A model generated the notes under the pieces. It did not search any database and had not been told where the DNA came from. It saw only the letters and a program-made list of their open reading frames with translations. Shown piece after piece: positions 1 through 9,657 of a stretch of DNA of 64,000 bases (position 1 is its first letter; the number at the start of each line of letters is the position of its first letter). Source of the stretch: Candidatus Competibacteraceae bacterium (lineage in GTDB: Bacteria > Pseudomonadota > Gammaproteobacteria > Competibacterales > Competibacteraceae). Location: NCBI GenBank assembly GCA_035575095.1, contig DATLYF010000126.1, positions 3,230-67,229 of the forward strand. Direction: 5' to 3'. The position numbers were made by a program, and so were the translations under genes.

Positions 1-53
1 CTGCCGCGGCGCAATCTCTGTCCTCGTCATATATCACGCATTGAGAGGCAGCC

Positions 54-1607
54 ATGTCCCTAGAGGTCTTGGGCTTCAATGAGCCCTTCAATGACACCCA
101 GGTCGCCGGCGTATTTCCAGATATGCCTTATCTCTTGGAGGTGGAGGGAGTGCGCAAGGCTTTTCCAGGCGTCTTGGCACTCGATAACGTCAGCCTCCGG
201 ATTCGTCCTGGAACCGTCCACGCGCTGATGGGCGAGAACGGTGCTGGCAAATCGACTCTGATGAAGATTATCGCCGGCATCTATCAACCGGATGCGGGCG
301 AGATTCGACTGAAGGGCAAGCCCGTGAAGATGACGGGACCGCTCGATGCCCTCAATGCAGGGATCGCGATGATCCATCAGGAACTAAACCTGATGCCGTA
401 CATGACGGTCGCCGAGAACATTTGGATTCGGCGCGAACCGATGAAAGGACTGGGGCTCGTGGATCATGCGGAGATGCACCGCATGACGGAGCATCTGTTT
501 CGCCGCCTGAACATCGACATCGATCCGGATGTAGAGGTTCGACACCTGACCGTCGCCAATCGGCAGATCGTGGAGATCGCCAAGGCCGTGTCCTTTGATT
601 CCGACATCTTGATCATGGACGAGCCGACTTCAGCGCTCACCGATCGCGAGGTGGAGCATCTCTTCGCAATCATTGCGGACCTCAAGGCACATGGCGTGGG
701 TATCGTCTACATCACTCACAAGATGGACGAGGTCTTCGCGATTTCCGACGATGTGTCGGTTTTCCGAGACGGTCGCCACATCGCTACCCATCGCGCCATA
801 GATATCGACCGCGACACACTGATCAAGGAGATGGTCGGCCGCGAGCTCACCGAGATGTTTCCCAAGGAAACGGTTCCGATCGGCGAAGTGGTGCTTTCCG
901 TTAAAAACCTGGCTCTCGAAGGAGTCTTTTCGGGCGTCTCCTTCGATCTGCGCAAAGGCGAGATCCTGGGCATCGCCGGCCTGGTGGGTGCGGGCCGAAC
1001 GAATGTGGCCGAAACCCTCTTCGGCGTGACTCCGGCCACGTCGGGAGAGATCTTCATCGACGGCAAGAAAATCACCATCGATTCTCCGCATACTGCGATG
1101 CAAGCGGGGATGGCGTTTTTGACCGAGGATCGCAAGGACACCGGATGCTTTCTGGTGCTTTCCGTTCTCGAGAACATGGAGATAGCGGTGCTGCGAGACC
1201 GCTATGTCAAAGGCGGATTCGTGACTCAGGGAACCTTGGCGGAGGAATGTGAAAAACTGAAGGAAGTTCTCAGAATAAAAACGCCGAGTCTTGACGAGCG
1301 CATCGAGAACTTGAGTGGAGGCAACCAACAGAAGGCTCTGATCGGACGCTGGCTGCTCACCAAACCGCGCATCCTGATTCTCGATGAGCCGACACGCGGC
1401 ATCGATGTCGGCGCCAAGGCGGAGATCCACCGGCTGATCTCCAGACTTGCCGGAGAGGGGCTTGCAGTCATCATGATTTCTTCGGAAATGCCAGAGATTC
1501 TCGGCATGGGTGATCGCATCATGGTCATGCATGAAGGTCGCGTGACTGGATTTCTTGATCGCTCCGAAGCCGATCAGGTTGGCATCATGCGCCTTGCCTC
1601 AGGCTGA
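54..1607 (+). CDS. Sugar ABC transporter ATP-binding protein with two fused ABC cassettes (RbsA/MglA type)
   Basis: 517-aa ORF with Walker [10 protein letters not shown], signature LSGGNQQK and Walker [13 protein letters not shown]. The second cassette and the downstream permease fit a CUT2 sugar importer. Confidence 0.9.
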   Translation: MSLEVLGFNEPFNDTQVAGVFPDMPYLLEVEGVRKAFPGVLALDNVSLRIRPGTVHALMGENGAGKSTLMKIIAGIYQPDAGEIRLKGKPVKMTGPLDALNAGIAMIHQELNLMPYMTVAENIWIRREPMKGLGLVDHAEMHRMTEHLFRRLNIDIDPDVEVRHLTVANRQIVEIAKAVSFDSDILIMDEPTSALTDREVEHLFAIIADLKAHGVGIVYITHKMDEVFAISDDVSVFRDGRHIATHRAIDIDRDTLIKEMVGRELTEMFPKETVPIGEVVLSVKNLALEGVFSGVSFDLRKGEILGIAGLVGAGRTNVAETLFGVTPATSGEIFIDGKKITIDSPHTAMQAGMAFLTEDRKDTGCFLVLSVLENMEIAVLRDRYVKGGFVTQGTLAEECEKLKEVLRIKTPSLDERIENLSGGNQQKALIGRWLLTKPRILILDEPTRGIDVGAKAEIHRLISRLAGEGLAVIMISSEMPEILGMGDRIMVMHEGRVTGFLDRSEADQVGIMRLASG

Positions 1608-1684
1608 TTTGTGGCTTCACCGCGCAATCGACGTAGATGCCGGCCTTGGGAAACGTAGCAGCACCACGTGATTGGAGGAGCAAA

Positions 1685-2728
1685 ATGAGTAACAGTGTCA
1701 AAAATCAGGCGGGGCAAATGGTAGGCTCCGTTGCAACCTTGGGCAGGCGGTGGGGGCCGCGAAAACTGCCGGCCGAGGCGAATATCCTGTTCATCCTGAT
1801 CGGCATTGCGGTGCTTTTCGAAATCGTCGGCTGGATCGTAAAGGGTGACACGTTCCTCTTCAATCTCGACCGCCTATTCATTATCGTTCTTCAGGTCTCG
1901 GTCATTGGGTTGCTTGCCATTGGCGTGACTCAAGTGATCATTACCGGCGGCATCGATCTGTCCTCCGGCTCAGTACTAGCGCTATCGGCAATGGTGGCAG
2001 CAAGCTTGGCGCAGCCATCGGATTATGCCCGCGCGGTTTATCCAGCGCTGACCGACATGCCGTTCATCGTTCCGCTCCTGGCAGGTCTCATCGTGGGTGT
2101 TCTTGCCGGATTGATCAATGGAAGCCTGATCGCATTTACAGGGATTCCACCTTTCATCGCGACGCTGGGTATGTTCGTGGCGGCCCGTGGGCTCGCCCGG
2201 GCCTACACGGGAGGTCAGCCGATCAGCATGTTGTCGGAACAGTACACCTGGATTGGGTCTGGCTATAACCCTATTGTGATCTTCCTCTTGGCTGCGATCG
2301 TATTCCATATTGCGCTGCGTTATACACGCTACGGGAAATTTACCTACGCCATCGGCGCCAATCCGCAGGCGGCGCGAGTTTCGGGTATCAACGTGGGGCG
2401 CCATCTGATCGTCGTGTACACGATCGCCGGTCTGCTTGCGGGGCTCGGCGGTGTCGTCACTTCGGCACGCGCGGCCACCGGTCAGGCGGGTATGGGCGTG
2501 GGTTATGAGCTCGATGCGATCGCGGCAGCGGTTATCGGCGGCACGAGCCTTACTGGCGGAATTGGCCGCATTGGAGGTACGGTCATCGGTATGGTGATCC
2601 TCGGTGTCATGACGAGTGGATTCACCTTTCTTGGCGTCGACGTCTATTACCAGGATATCGTCAAAGGCGGGATCATCGTCGCGGCGGTAGCCGCCGACAT
2701 GTACCGGCAGCGCAAGCGCAAGGCATGA
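1685..2728 (+). CDS. Sugar ABC transporter permease (RbsC/AraH type)
   Basis: Highly hydrophobic multi-TM ORF directly after the ATPase. Start moved to the ATG at 1685 (MSNSVKN) behind GGAGGAG. C-terminal pattern GGTSLTGGIGRIGGTVIG is typical of this permease family. Confidence 0.85.
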   Translation: MSNSVKNQAGQMVGSVATLGRRWGPRKLPAEANILFILIGIAVLFEIVGWIVKGDTFLFNLDRLFIIVLQVSVIGLLAIGVTQVIITGGIDLSSGSVLALSAMVAASLAQPSDYARAVYPALTDMPFIVPLLAGLIVGVLAGLINGSLIAFTGIPPFIATLGMFVAARGLARAYTGGQPISMLSEQYTWIGSGYNPIVIFLLAAIVFHIALRYTRYGKFTYAIGANPQAARVSGINVGRHLIVVYTIAGLLAGLGGVVTSARAATGQAGMGVGYELDAIAAAVIGGTSLTGGIGRIGGTVIGMVILGVMTSGFTFLGVDVYYQDIVKGGIIVAAVAADMYRQRKRKA

Positions 2729-2745
2729 GCGCTTTTAAAGAGATT

Positions 2746-2790
2746 GCTGGGGCATTCCCAGCATGATCATTCCCATCTTTGAGGATGGGG
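2746..2790 (+). terminator. Two adjacent stem-loops after the permease gene (possible terminator)
   Basis: GCTGGG-gcatt-CCCAGC (2746-2762) and CCCATC-tttgag-GATGGG (2772-2789), followed by gaTTTaaag. The U-tract is weak. Confidence 0.3.
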
Positions 2791-2874
2791 ATTTAAAGAG
2801 GTCGTGGCTAACACTAGATTCCCCGTAAATCATGATCGGGGATGATATACACAACATTTAGAGGAATATTGCTC

Positions 2875-3711
2875 ATGAATCTCAAAATTCCATTTGCTAT
2901 CAACCGCATATGTGCTCCGCGACTGCCGCTCGAGGATTTTCTCAAAATGGTGGTCAGGCTGGGCGTGGATGCGGTGGAGTTTCGTAATGATCTCGAAGGC
3001 GTCGAGATGCAAGACGGCACTCCCGGGACGAAAGTCCGGGAGATGGTTAAGGATTATGGCCTTAAGGTGCTGTCGATCAACGCGCTCTACCCCTTCGACG
3101 TGTGGGATGATATGCGCAAGACCCAGGCTGAGACGCTGGCGCGCTACGCCCGTGACTGCGGTGCCCCGGCACTGGTGATGTGTCCGTTGAACTCGCGCGA
3201 CGACAAGCGCAGCGAGGGCGAGCGCCGCAGCGATCTCATCAAGGCGCTCAGGGCAATGCGCCCGATCCTGCGCGACCACGGCCTCATCGGCCACGTCGAG
3301 CCGCTCGGCTTCCCGCAGTGCGCGCTACGCCTCAAGCGCGCCGCCCTCGAGGCGATCGCCGAGATCGGCGGTGAGGACACGTTCAACCTGATGCACGACA
3401 CCTTCCACCATCACCTCGCCAGCGATCCGGATTATTTCCCGGAGCGTACCGGCCTGGTGCAAATCTCCGGCGTCGAGGATGCCAGTATTCCTGTGGCCAA
3501 AATGCTGGACGGCCACCGCGTGCTGGTGGGCGAGCGCGACGTCCTCGGTAATGCCGAACAGATCCGCGCCCTGTTGGATGGGGGTTACCGCGGGTATTTC
3601 TCGTTCGAGCCTTTCTCCGAGGCCATACAGCGACTGAGCGAGAAAGATGCGGAAGCGGCGCTGCGCGCCAGCATGGATTACCTCAACAAGAAGGTAAGCG
3701 AGCTGGGCTGA
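2875..3711 (+). CDS. Xylose-isomerase-like TIM-barrel protein, IolI-like (inosose/keto-sugar isomerase family)
   Basis: Start at MNLKIPF after GAGGA. Resembles IolI-type proteins from memory (INALYPF, GHVEPLGFPQC, LMHDTFHHH, FSFEPFS). Confidence 0.7.
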   Translation: MNLKIPFAINRICAPRLPLEDFLKMVVRLGVDAVEFRNDLEGVEMQDGTPGTKVREMVKDYGLKVLSINALYPFDVWDDMRKTQAETLARYARDCGAPALVMCPLNSRDDKRSEGERRSDLIKALRAMRPILRDHGLIGHVEPLGFPQCALRLKRAALEAIAEIGGEDTFNLMHDTFHHHLASDPDYFPERTGLVQISGVEDASIPVAKMLDGHRVLVGERDVLGNAEQIRALLDGGYRGYFSFEPFSEAIQRLSEKDAEAALRASMDYLNKKVSELG

Positions 3712-3878
3712 AGGGGATCCGCGCGCGCTCCCCATTACGAAATGGAGCGGGTCATATAGGCGTAGCTTACGTAATACCGTATGCGGCTCGTCTGCATGCC
3801 CGCTTGATACATTCGGTGTATTAGGAACGGGGATTCGTCGGGTCGGTTCGAAAACACTGTCGATCGAGGCGAGATGGT

Positions 3879-3947
3879 ATGGCTATCAAAATTGCGACCG
3901 CACCTTGCTGCTGGGGCGTTGGCAATGTCAACAATCCTTGGCTCTGA
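3879..3947 (+). pseudogene. 22-codon N-terminal remnant of a sugar-phosphate isomerase/epimerase-type TIM-barrel gene
   Basis: Reads MAIKIATAPCCWGVGNVNNPWL then stop. The APxxWGV N-terminus is typical of that family. The reading frame ends where the next remnant begins. Confidence 0.35.
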
Positions 3948-3949
3948 CT

Positions 3950-4172
3950 GATGACCGCATCGGCTCCGGCCATCCGGAGGGTCTATTTGAAGCATGGGCT
4001 AATCTCTATTATCGTTTTGCAGTAGCAATGGACGCCACTGATCGCGGCGATACAACGCTTTTGAAAAAAATGCCGTTACCCGGATATTCATGCAGGTATT
4101 GAAGGCGTTCACCGGATTGAAAATTGTGTACGATCAGCTGATAACGATGGCGTATGGGTAGATTATGAATGA
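3950..4172 (+). pseudogene. C-terminal remnant of a Gfo/Idh/MocA oxidoreductase, frameshifted at an A7 run
   Basis: GSGHPEGLFEAWANLYYRFAVAMDA in one frame, then YPDIHAGIEGVHRIENCVRSADNDGVWVDYE-stop in another. The frames switch at the homopolymer AAAAAAA at 4064-4070. There is no N-terminal Rossmann part. Confidence 0.55.
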
Positions 4173-4305
4173 ATTGGCTGCATCAAGCGCTCTTTCAAAA
4201 TAAGCCTGACTATTGATCTGAAGCGAAACGCGCTATTCCTGCCGATGAGATCTAGCCCAGAACGGTGGAATGCCAAGCCATCTGTTTAACCAGGGGGAGG
4301 AAACG

Positions 4306-5337
4306 ATGATGGTTTTCCCATCCAATTTGCTGAGACGCTCGCTCTTGAGCGGTCTTGTGGCGCTGTGTCTGGGCTCAGCGGCGGCATTTGCTGATTACCG
4401 CTTCATATTTGTCTCGCATATGGGGCCGCATGACTCAAACTCAAAGTGGTTCGAGCTATCGCTTAGAACGTTTGAGGAGAAGTTCCCTGATGTCCAAATA
4501 GAATATTTGGCGCCCGACAAATACAGCAATGAGAAGTTCGTCGAGCTGATCGAGCAGGCGATTGCTACCAACCCCGACGGTATTGCTGTTTCCATTATCG
4601 ATGCACCGGCGATTCAAGGCGCGATCCGCAAAGCCATCGACCAGGGGATTCCGGTGATGGCCTTCAATACGCCTGATCTGCGCCCCGTCGGTCAGCGTAT
4701 TCCTTATCTCGCCTATGTCGGCACCGATCCCTATCTCGATGGTAAACGCGCCGCCGAACATGCGTTGGCCGAGGCCAAGGCGGGCAGGGTGCCCATGCCG
4801 ATTAAGGTGCTCTGCATCAATCCCGACCGGGCGCATTTGGGTCTGATCGCTCGTTGTAGAGGTATGGTCGATGGCATGGGGGAGGCGCTCATCCGAACCG
4901 AAACCCTCGTCACAGACCTCGATCCGACCCACGCGAGCGAGATTCTTGCTGACTATCTAAAGCGTAACCAGGATATTAACTATTTCTACGCCGTGACGGC
5001 CGATTCCGCTCCGGTAGTGTGGAAGGTAGCCAAGGATCTAGGGCTCAGCCCCGATGCCGATATGGAAGGTGCCACCATCATTGGCGTTGACGAAAACCCT
5101 ATATCGCTCTCAGGTGTCGCAAGGGGCCATCTCTTGTCCACGATGAGCCAGGGCTTTTGGCTGCAGGGTTGGGAGCCAGCGGCCTGGCTCTACTGGAATA
5201 AGAAGTTCAGCTACAAGCCTGCTAGCGACATTCACACCGGTCCGGTGATCATCGACAAAACGACGGTTGCGCAGTGGGAGAAGTTCATCCGTGATGTCTT
5301 CGGTAATGAGGCCTACGACAGACAGATTCCTTGGTAA
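4306..5337 (+). CDS. Periplasmic sugar-binding protein of an ABC transporter (PBP type I)
   Basis: Start at MMVFPSN after GGAGG, with signal peptide LVALCLGSAAAFA. The rest is a typical ribose-binding-like fold sequence. Confidence 0.8.
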   Translation: MMVFPSNLLRRSLLSGLVALCLGSAAAFADYRFIFVSHMGPHDSNSKWFELSLRTFEEKFPDVQIEYLAPDKYSNEKFVELIEQAIATNPDGIAVSIIDAPAIQGAIRKAIDQGIPVMAFNTPDLRPVGQRIPYLAYVGTDPYLDGKRAAEHALAEAKAGRVPMPIKVLCINPDRAHLGLIARCRGMVDGMGEALIRTETLVTDLDPTHASEILADYLKRNQDINYFYAVTADSAPVVWKVAKDLGLSPDADMEGATIIGVDENPISLSGVARGHLLSTMSQGFWLQGWEPAAWLYWNKKFSYKPASDIHTGPVIIDKTTVAQWEKFIRDVFGNEAYDRQIPW

Positions 5338-5360
5338 TTAGCGGCCATCAGGAGATGCAG

Positions 5361-6359
5361 ATGATCAATTTTGCACTCTTCGGCGTTGGTTTCATCGGCT
5401 CGGTGCACGCCAAGGCCATCAGCAATCATCCTCGGGCGCGGCTGGCCTGGGTGTATGACGTCGATCGGGAGACTGCAGAGAAGGCGGCCACCGCAAGCGG
5501 CGCGAAAGTCGCCGACTCGCCTGAGCAGGCGCTGAAGGCAAGCGATGTCGATGCCGTGCTCATTGCGTCCTCGACCAATACCCACGCCGATTTGTTGACG
5601 GTGAGCGCCAAGGCCGGCAAGGCGGTGCTTTGCGAGAAGCCGATCGATCTCAACATCGAACGGGTCAGGGCCTGCGTCGCCGAGGTCGAGCCCAGCGGCG
5701 TGCCGATCGCTATCGGCTTCAATCGGCGCTTCGATCCGCATCATCGGGAAATGTACGAGGTGATCAGAAGCGGCAAGATCGGCAAGGTCGAGATGGCCAT
5801 TTTTACCAGCCGAGGGCCGGCGCCACCGCCCATCAGCTATGTAAAGCTCTCGGGTGGGCAGTTGCGGGACCAGACCATTCATTTCTTCGATCTGGCGCGC
5901 TGGATCATGGGCGAAGAGCCGGTCGAGATCTACGCCGCCGGCGCCTGTCTGGTCGATCCCGAAATCGGCAAGGCCGGCGATATCGACACTTCGATGGTCA
6001 CGATTCGTTTCCAGAGTGGCGCTTTGTGCGTGATCGACAGCAGCCGGCGTACGGGTTACGGCTATGACGAGCGGATCGAGGTCTTCGGCTCCGAGGGCAT
6101 GGTCGAATCCGAGCGGCAACGCACGCACGGCGTTTCTTACTACAAGGGCGACAAGATCATTAAGCACGGCTTGCATCCGGGCTGGTTCGAGCGCATGGAG
6201 CCCACCTACGGCTACGCACTCGATGCCTTCGTCACGGCTCTCGAACACGGCAAAGCCCCCTCGCCTGGCCTGATCGACGGGCTAAAGGCCCAGCTCATGG
6301 CCGAGGCCGCCGTAAAGTCGCTGCAGGAGAATCGCCCCGTTCGCCTTGACGAGGTCTAG
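5361..6359 (+). CDS. Gfo/Idh/MocA oxidoreductase, inositol 2-dehydrogenase-like
   Basis: N-terminal Rossmann FGVGFIGSVHAK and EKP motif LCEKPI. Length is about 330 aa. The start could also be 5355. Confidence 0.8.
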   Translation: MINFALFGVGFIGSVHAKAISNHPRARLAWVYDVDRETAEKAATASGAKVADSPEQALKASDVDAVLIASSTNTHADLLTVSAKAGKAVLCEKPIDLNIERVRACVAEVEPSGVPIAIGFNRRFDPHHREMYEVIRSGKIGKVEMAIFTSRGPAPPPISYVKLSGGQLRDQTIHFFDLARWIMGEEPVEIYAAGACLVDPEIGKAGDIDTSMVTIRFQSGALCVIDSSRRTGYGYDERIEVFGSEGMVESERQRTHGVSYYKGDKIIKHGLHPGWFERMEPTYGYALDAFVTALEHGKAPSPGLIDGLKAQLMAEAAVKSLQENRPVRLDEV

Positions 6360-6424
6360 TCGTCCCGGTGACAGCCTGGCGGGTACAGACCGATTGGCGC
6401 TAGCGCCAGAGCAGGAGAAAAGCC

Positions 6425-7300
6425 ATGACAGACGTTAGGTGCATCCTCGACGCCAGGGCCGAGTTGGGCGAATGCCCGGTCTGGTCGGCCGAAGAACAGG
6501 TCCTGTACTGGGTGGACATCCTGGCGCCTGCCCTGCACCGGCTGGATCCGGCAACGGGGGCAACGCGGACCTGGAAGATGCCGCAGTCTATCGGCTCCTT
6601 CGGCCTGCGCGAATGCGGAGGAGCCGTGGTGGCCTTGCGCAACGGCTTGCATCTGTTCGATTTCGACACCGGACAGTTGACCTTTCTGACCAACCCCGAG
6701 GCCGACAAGCCGAGCAACCGTTTCAACGACGGCAAGGTCTCGCCGGACGGGCGCTTCTTCGCCGGCACCATGGATGAGGAACAGCTCAAGCGTCCGCTCG
6801 GCGCCCTCTACCGCCTCGACCCGGACGGCTCCTGCCACCAACTGGTCGGCGGCCTGATCGTCTCCAATGGGCTCGCCTGGAGCGCCGACGGCAGGACGCT
6901 GTTCCATTCGGACTCCAAGGGGCAGGTCATCTGGGCCTACGACTACGATCTCGCCACCGGTGCGATCGCCAACCGGCGCGTGATCGCCCGGCCTAGCGAG
7001 GCGATCGGCCGACCCGACGGCGGGGCGATGGATGTCGAGGGTTATTACTGGAGCGCCGGCATCTCCGCCGGTGTGCTCAACCGCTGGGCGCCGGATGGCC
7101 GGCTCGACCGGCAGATCCCGCTGCCCTGTGCAGCCCCCACCTGTCCCTGCTTCGGCGGTCCCGACATGAAGACGATCTTCATTACCTCCCTGACCCATGG
7201 GCTACCCCAGGACAAGCTGGCGGAGAAGCCCTTGTCCGGCGGGATCTTCGCTGTGGAGGTCGATGTAGCGGGGGTCCCAGTGGCCAAGTTCAGAGGCTGA
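6425..7300 (+). CDS. SMP-30/gluconolactonase/LRE-family lactonase
   Basis: 291 aa with LGECPVW, NRFNDGKVSPDGRF and GRPDGGAMDVEGYYW, which are beta-propeller lactonase hallmarks. Confidence 0.85.
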   Translation: MTDVRCILDARAELGECPVWSAEEQVLYWVDILAPALHRLDPATGATRTWKMPQSIGSFGLRECGGAVVALRNGLHLFDFDTGQLTFLTNPEADKPSNRFNDGKVSPDGRFFAGTMDEEQLKRPLGALYRLDPDGSCHQLVGGLIVSNGLAWSADGRTLFHSDSKGQVIWAYDYDLATGAIANRRVIARPSEAIGRPDGGAMDVEGYYWSAGISAGVLNRWAPDGRLDRQIPLPCAAPTCPCFGGPDMKTIFITSLTHGLPQDKLAEKPLSGGIFAVEVDVAGVPVAKFRG

Positions 7301-7349
7301 AAGCCTGCGGCAACCGCCCATTCCTTTGCATCATCTGGAGCGAGAAATT

Positions 7350-8324
7350 ATGAACGTCTGTATGGTCGGCTACGGCATGATGGGAGTCTGGCACTCGGAG
7401 GCGCTGCAGCAGACCGAGGCCGTGCTGCATACGGTGGTCGGCCGGCGGTCGGATGCTGCCAAGGAGTTCGCCGAGCGTTTCGGCTACAAGAAATGGACGG
7501 TCTCCCTCGACGAAGCGCTGGCCGACCCGCAGGTCGACATCGTCATCCTCGCCACGCCCAGCGACCAGCACGAGGAGCAGGCCATCCGGTGCCTCGAGGC
7601 CGGCAAGCACACGCTGATCGAGATTCCGATCGCGATGAGTCTGGCCGGTGCGCAGCGGGTCGTCGCGGCCGGCGAGAAGAGCGGCAAGATCTACGGGCTC
7701 TGCCATCCGATGCGCTTTCGCCGCGAGCGCGAGGCGCTACGCGCTCGGGTCCGCGCCGGCGAGGAGCAGATCCGACACATTGCCGGGCGTTTCTTCATCA
7801 AACGCTTGATCAATATCGGCGCCACCGGCTACCAGCGCAGCTGGACCGACAACATCCTCTGGCACCATTTCTGCCATTTCGTCGACCTCGGCCTGTTCCT
7901 GTTCGACGGCACGCCGATCCGGCGCATCCAGAGCTATATGGGTCAGTGCCATGAATTCACCGGTATCCCCATGGAGTGCGTGGTGCTGGTCGAGACCGAG
8001 GCCGATCAGTCGCTGCTGGTTCATGGCTCCTATCACGCCGCCTACCGCTTCTACGACAAGCTTATCGTCACCGACCGGGATACGTATTTCTACGACATCC
8101 TCGCCGGCACGCTGCGCACGGCGGAGGGCACGACCCCGATCGAGACCGAGCAGGAGAACTGCGCCCGGGTGATCTTCGATTTCATCGATGCGGTGCGCAA
8201 CAACCGCTCGCCGCTGGCTTCCGGCCCCTCGGTGCTGCCGGCGATGCGCGTGCTGCAGGCGGTGCAGGATCAGTGGGATGCGAGATACGGCAAGCAGAGT
8301 TTGCCCGGACGGCCCTTGGTCTGA
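7350..8324 (+). CDS. Gfo/Idh/MocA-family oxidoreductase
   Basis: Start at MNVCMVGYGMMG after GGAG. Rossmann N-terminus and IEIPIA (EKP-like) motif. Confidence 0.75.
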   Translation: MNVCMVGYGMMGVWHSEALQQTEAVLHTVVGRRSDAAKEFAERFGYKKWTVSLDEALADPQVDIVILATPSDQHEEQAIRCLEAGKHTLIEIPIAMSLAGAQRVVAAGEKSGKIYGLCHPMRFRREREALRARVRAGEEQIRHIAGRFFIKRLINIGATGYQRSWTDNILWHHFCHFVDLGLFLFDGTPIRRIQSYMGQCHEFTGIPMECVVLVETEADQSLLVHGSYHAAYRFYDKLIVTDRDTYFYDILAGTLRTAEGTTPIETEQENCARVIFDFIDAVRNNRSPLASGPSVLPAMRVLQAVQDQWDARYGKQSLPGRPLV

Positions 8325-8612
8325 GAGAGGACACGGCAGCGCGCCGTCTTCCAGCAACTTGACGGCATTGCCTTCGATCAGCTCGGCAAGGATGTCGACG
8401 AGCAGGCGCAAGGCTGAAGTCGGCAGTTCGATCTGGTGGACTTCATTCTTGTCGTCGAAGATCGGGATTCCGTACCACCTGCCTCGCCAGCGAAACCGTC
8501 CTCCCGCTAGCTGCATGACGTATACGAGGGCATCGTCAGAAAAGCCCGCGGAAAGACCCTCGGCATAAACCGGCCTGATCAGGAGATCCGCCGCGCTCGG
8601 GTTGGTCTTCAT
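8325..8612 (-). pseudogene. 5' fragment of an unidentified gene with no stop codon of its own
   Basis: The ORF starts at 8612 (MKTNPSAADLLIRPVYAEGL...) and reads without a stop antisense through the 7350-8324 gene to 7737. Only the first ~95 codons lie outside that gene. I do not recognise a family. Confidence 0.3.
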
Positions 8613-8723
8613 GCGCGCAGACTGAGCCTCCCAAGGTAACTCCAGTTCTTGCTGATGAGGTAAAAATCTGTTTTAGTATCTCATTATATGCATTATAGTG
8701 ATGTTTGATGGTCAGTGATAGGA

Positions 8724-8752
8724 TTTAACGGTACTCAAACATGTACTATAAT
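8724..8752 (+). promoter_or_regulatory. Sigma-70-like promoter facing the MerR-family gene
   Basis: TTTAAC (8724-8729), 17 nt, TATAAT (8747-8752). The spacer holds GTAC-N8-GTAC. It lies in an AT-rich stretch ~115 nt upstream of the TTG start at 8869. Confidence 0.35.
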
Positions 8753-8868
8753 ACATACACTTCCGTCTCCCAGCTCGTGGGAGGCAGGGGGATAAGGGAT
8801 CGTCCCTTTCGTAGCAGCTTCTCGCAGCGAGTGGACTAGCCGCTGAGGCATGAGGCTAGGAGGTTGCC

Positions 8869-9321
8869 TTGGACACAACAGCGCTCAAGATCGGTGAGCT
8901 GGCGAAGTCATTTGGCGTGACGACGCGGGCAATTCGATTTTATGAGGAGAAAGGGTTGCTCAACCCCGAGTGGTCGCCCAGTCAACGCCTTTATAGCCAG
9001 GGCGACTGCGCTCGACTCCAGGTGATCCTGCGCTGCAAGCGGTTGGGGTTATCGTTGGATGAGATACGTGAAGTGTTGGCTATTCGAGAAATCCCCCCTG
9101 GTGTCCACGAACCACTTCAACACCATGTGATAAAGCTGACCAAGTGGTGCAACCGACTTGAACGGCAACAGCAGGCGATCCGAGAGCTCCTGGAAGAACT
9201 TGATGCGGCGAAAACGGTTGCCCAACAAGAGCTTGCACGATCGGTCTTGCCGACACGAAACGAGGCAAACGGCGCGCGGCACACTGGCATCCCGTTGCCG
9301 GACTGTGAGACGAGCGACTGA
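8869..9321 (+). CDS. MerR-family transcriptional regulator
   Basis: N-terminal HTH LKIGELAKSFGVTTRAIRFYEEKGLL followed by a coiled-coil dimerisation helix. TTG start behind AGGAGG. Confidence 0.85.
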   Translation: MDTTALKIGELAKSFGVTTRAIRFYEEKGLLNPEWSPSQRLYSQGDCARLQVILRCKRLGLSLDEIREVLAIREIPPGVHEPLQHHVIKLTKWCNRLERQQQAIRELLEELDAAKTVAQQELARSVLPTRNEANGARHTGIPLPDCETSD

Positions 9322-9392
9322 AGCCACCCACGGACATGCCTATGATGGGACTCGAATGTCCGTTCTTGGCCTCTCCTGAGGCCGGTTGCGCC

Positions 9393-9467
9393 TTGAAGGT
9401 TGCCCCCGGCATCCACTGGCTGCGTATGCCGCTGCCCTTCGCCCTCGACTACATCAACCTGTGGCTG
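9393..9467 (+). pseudogene. N-terminal remnant of an MBL-fold metallo-hydrolase
   Basis: LKVAPGIHWLRMPLPFALDYINLWL matches the conserved N-terminus (GVHWLRMPLPFALDHINLWLL) of a beta-lactamase-fold hydrolase family. Similarity stops there, and the HxHxDH motif is absent. Confidence 0.5.
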
Positions 9468-9657
9468 AGAGGTTGTTGGCGGCCTGCGCCGTCGAGCCCC
9501 CGCTGCGGGCTCAGGGAGCGGTTCTCTGTGAGCCGGGGACAGGCGGCGTCGTCCGTTTTCGAGCTGGCATCCCTTTATAAGCCCCAAGTTGCATCAAATC
9601 CTGTTAGTCAGGTCAAGGCCTGAGCGGTACGCAACTCTTCGGAAGTGAGAGGAAGTG

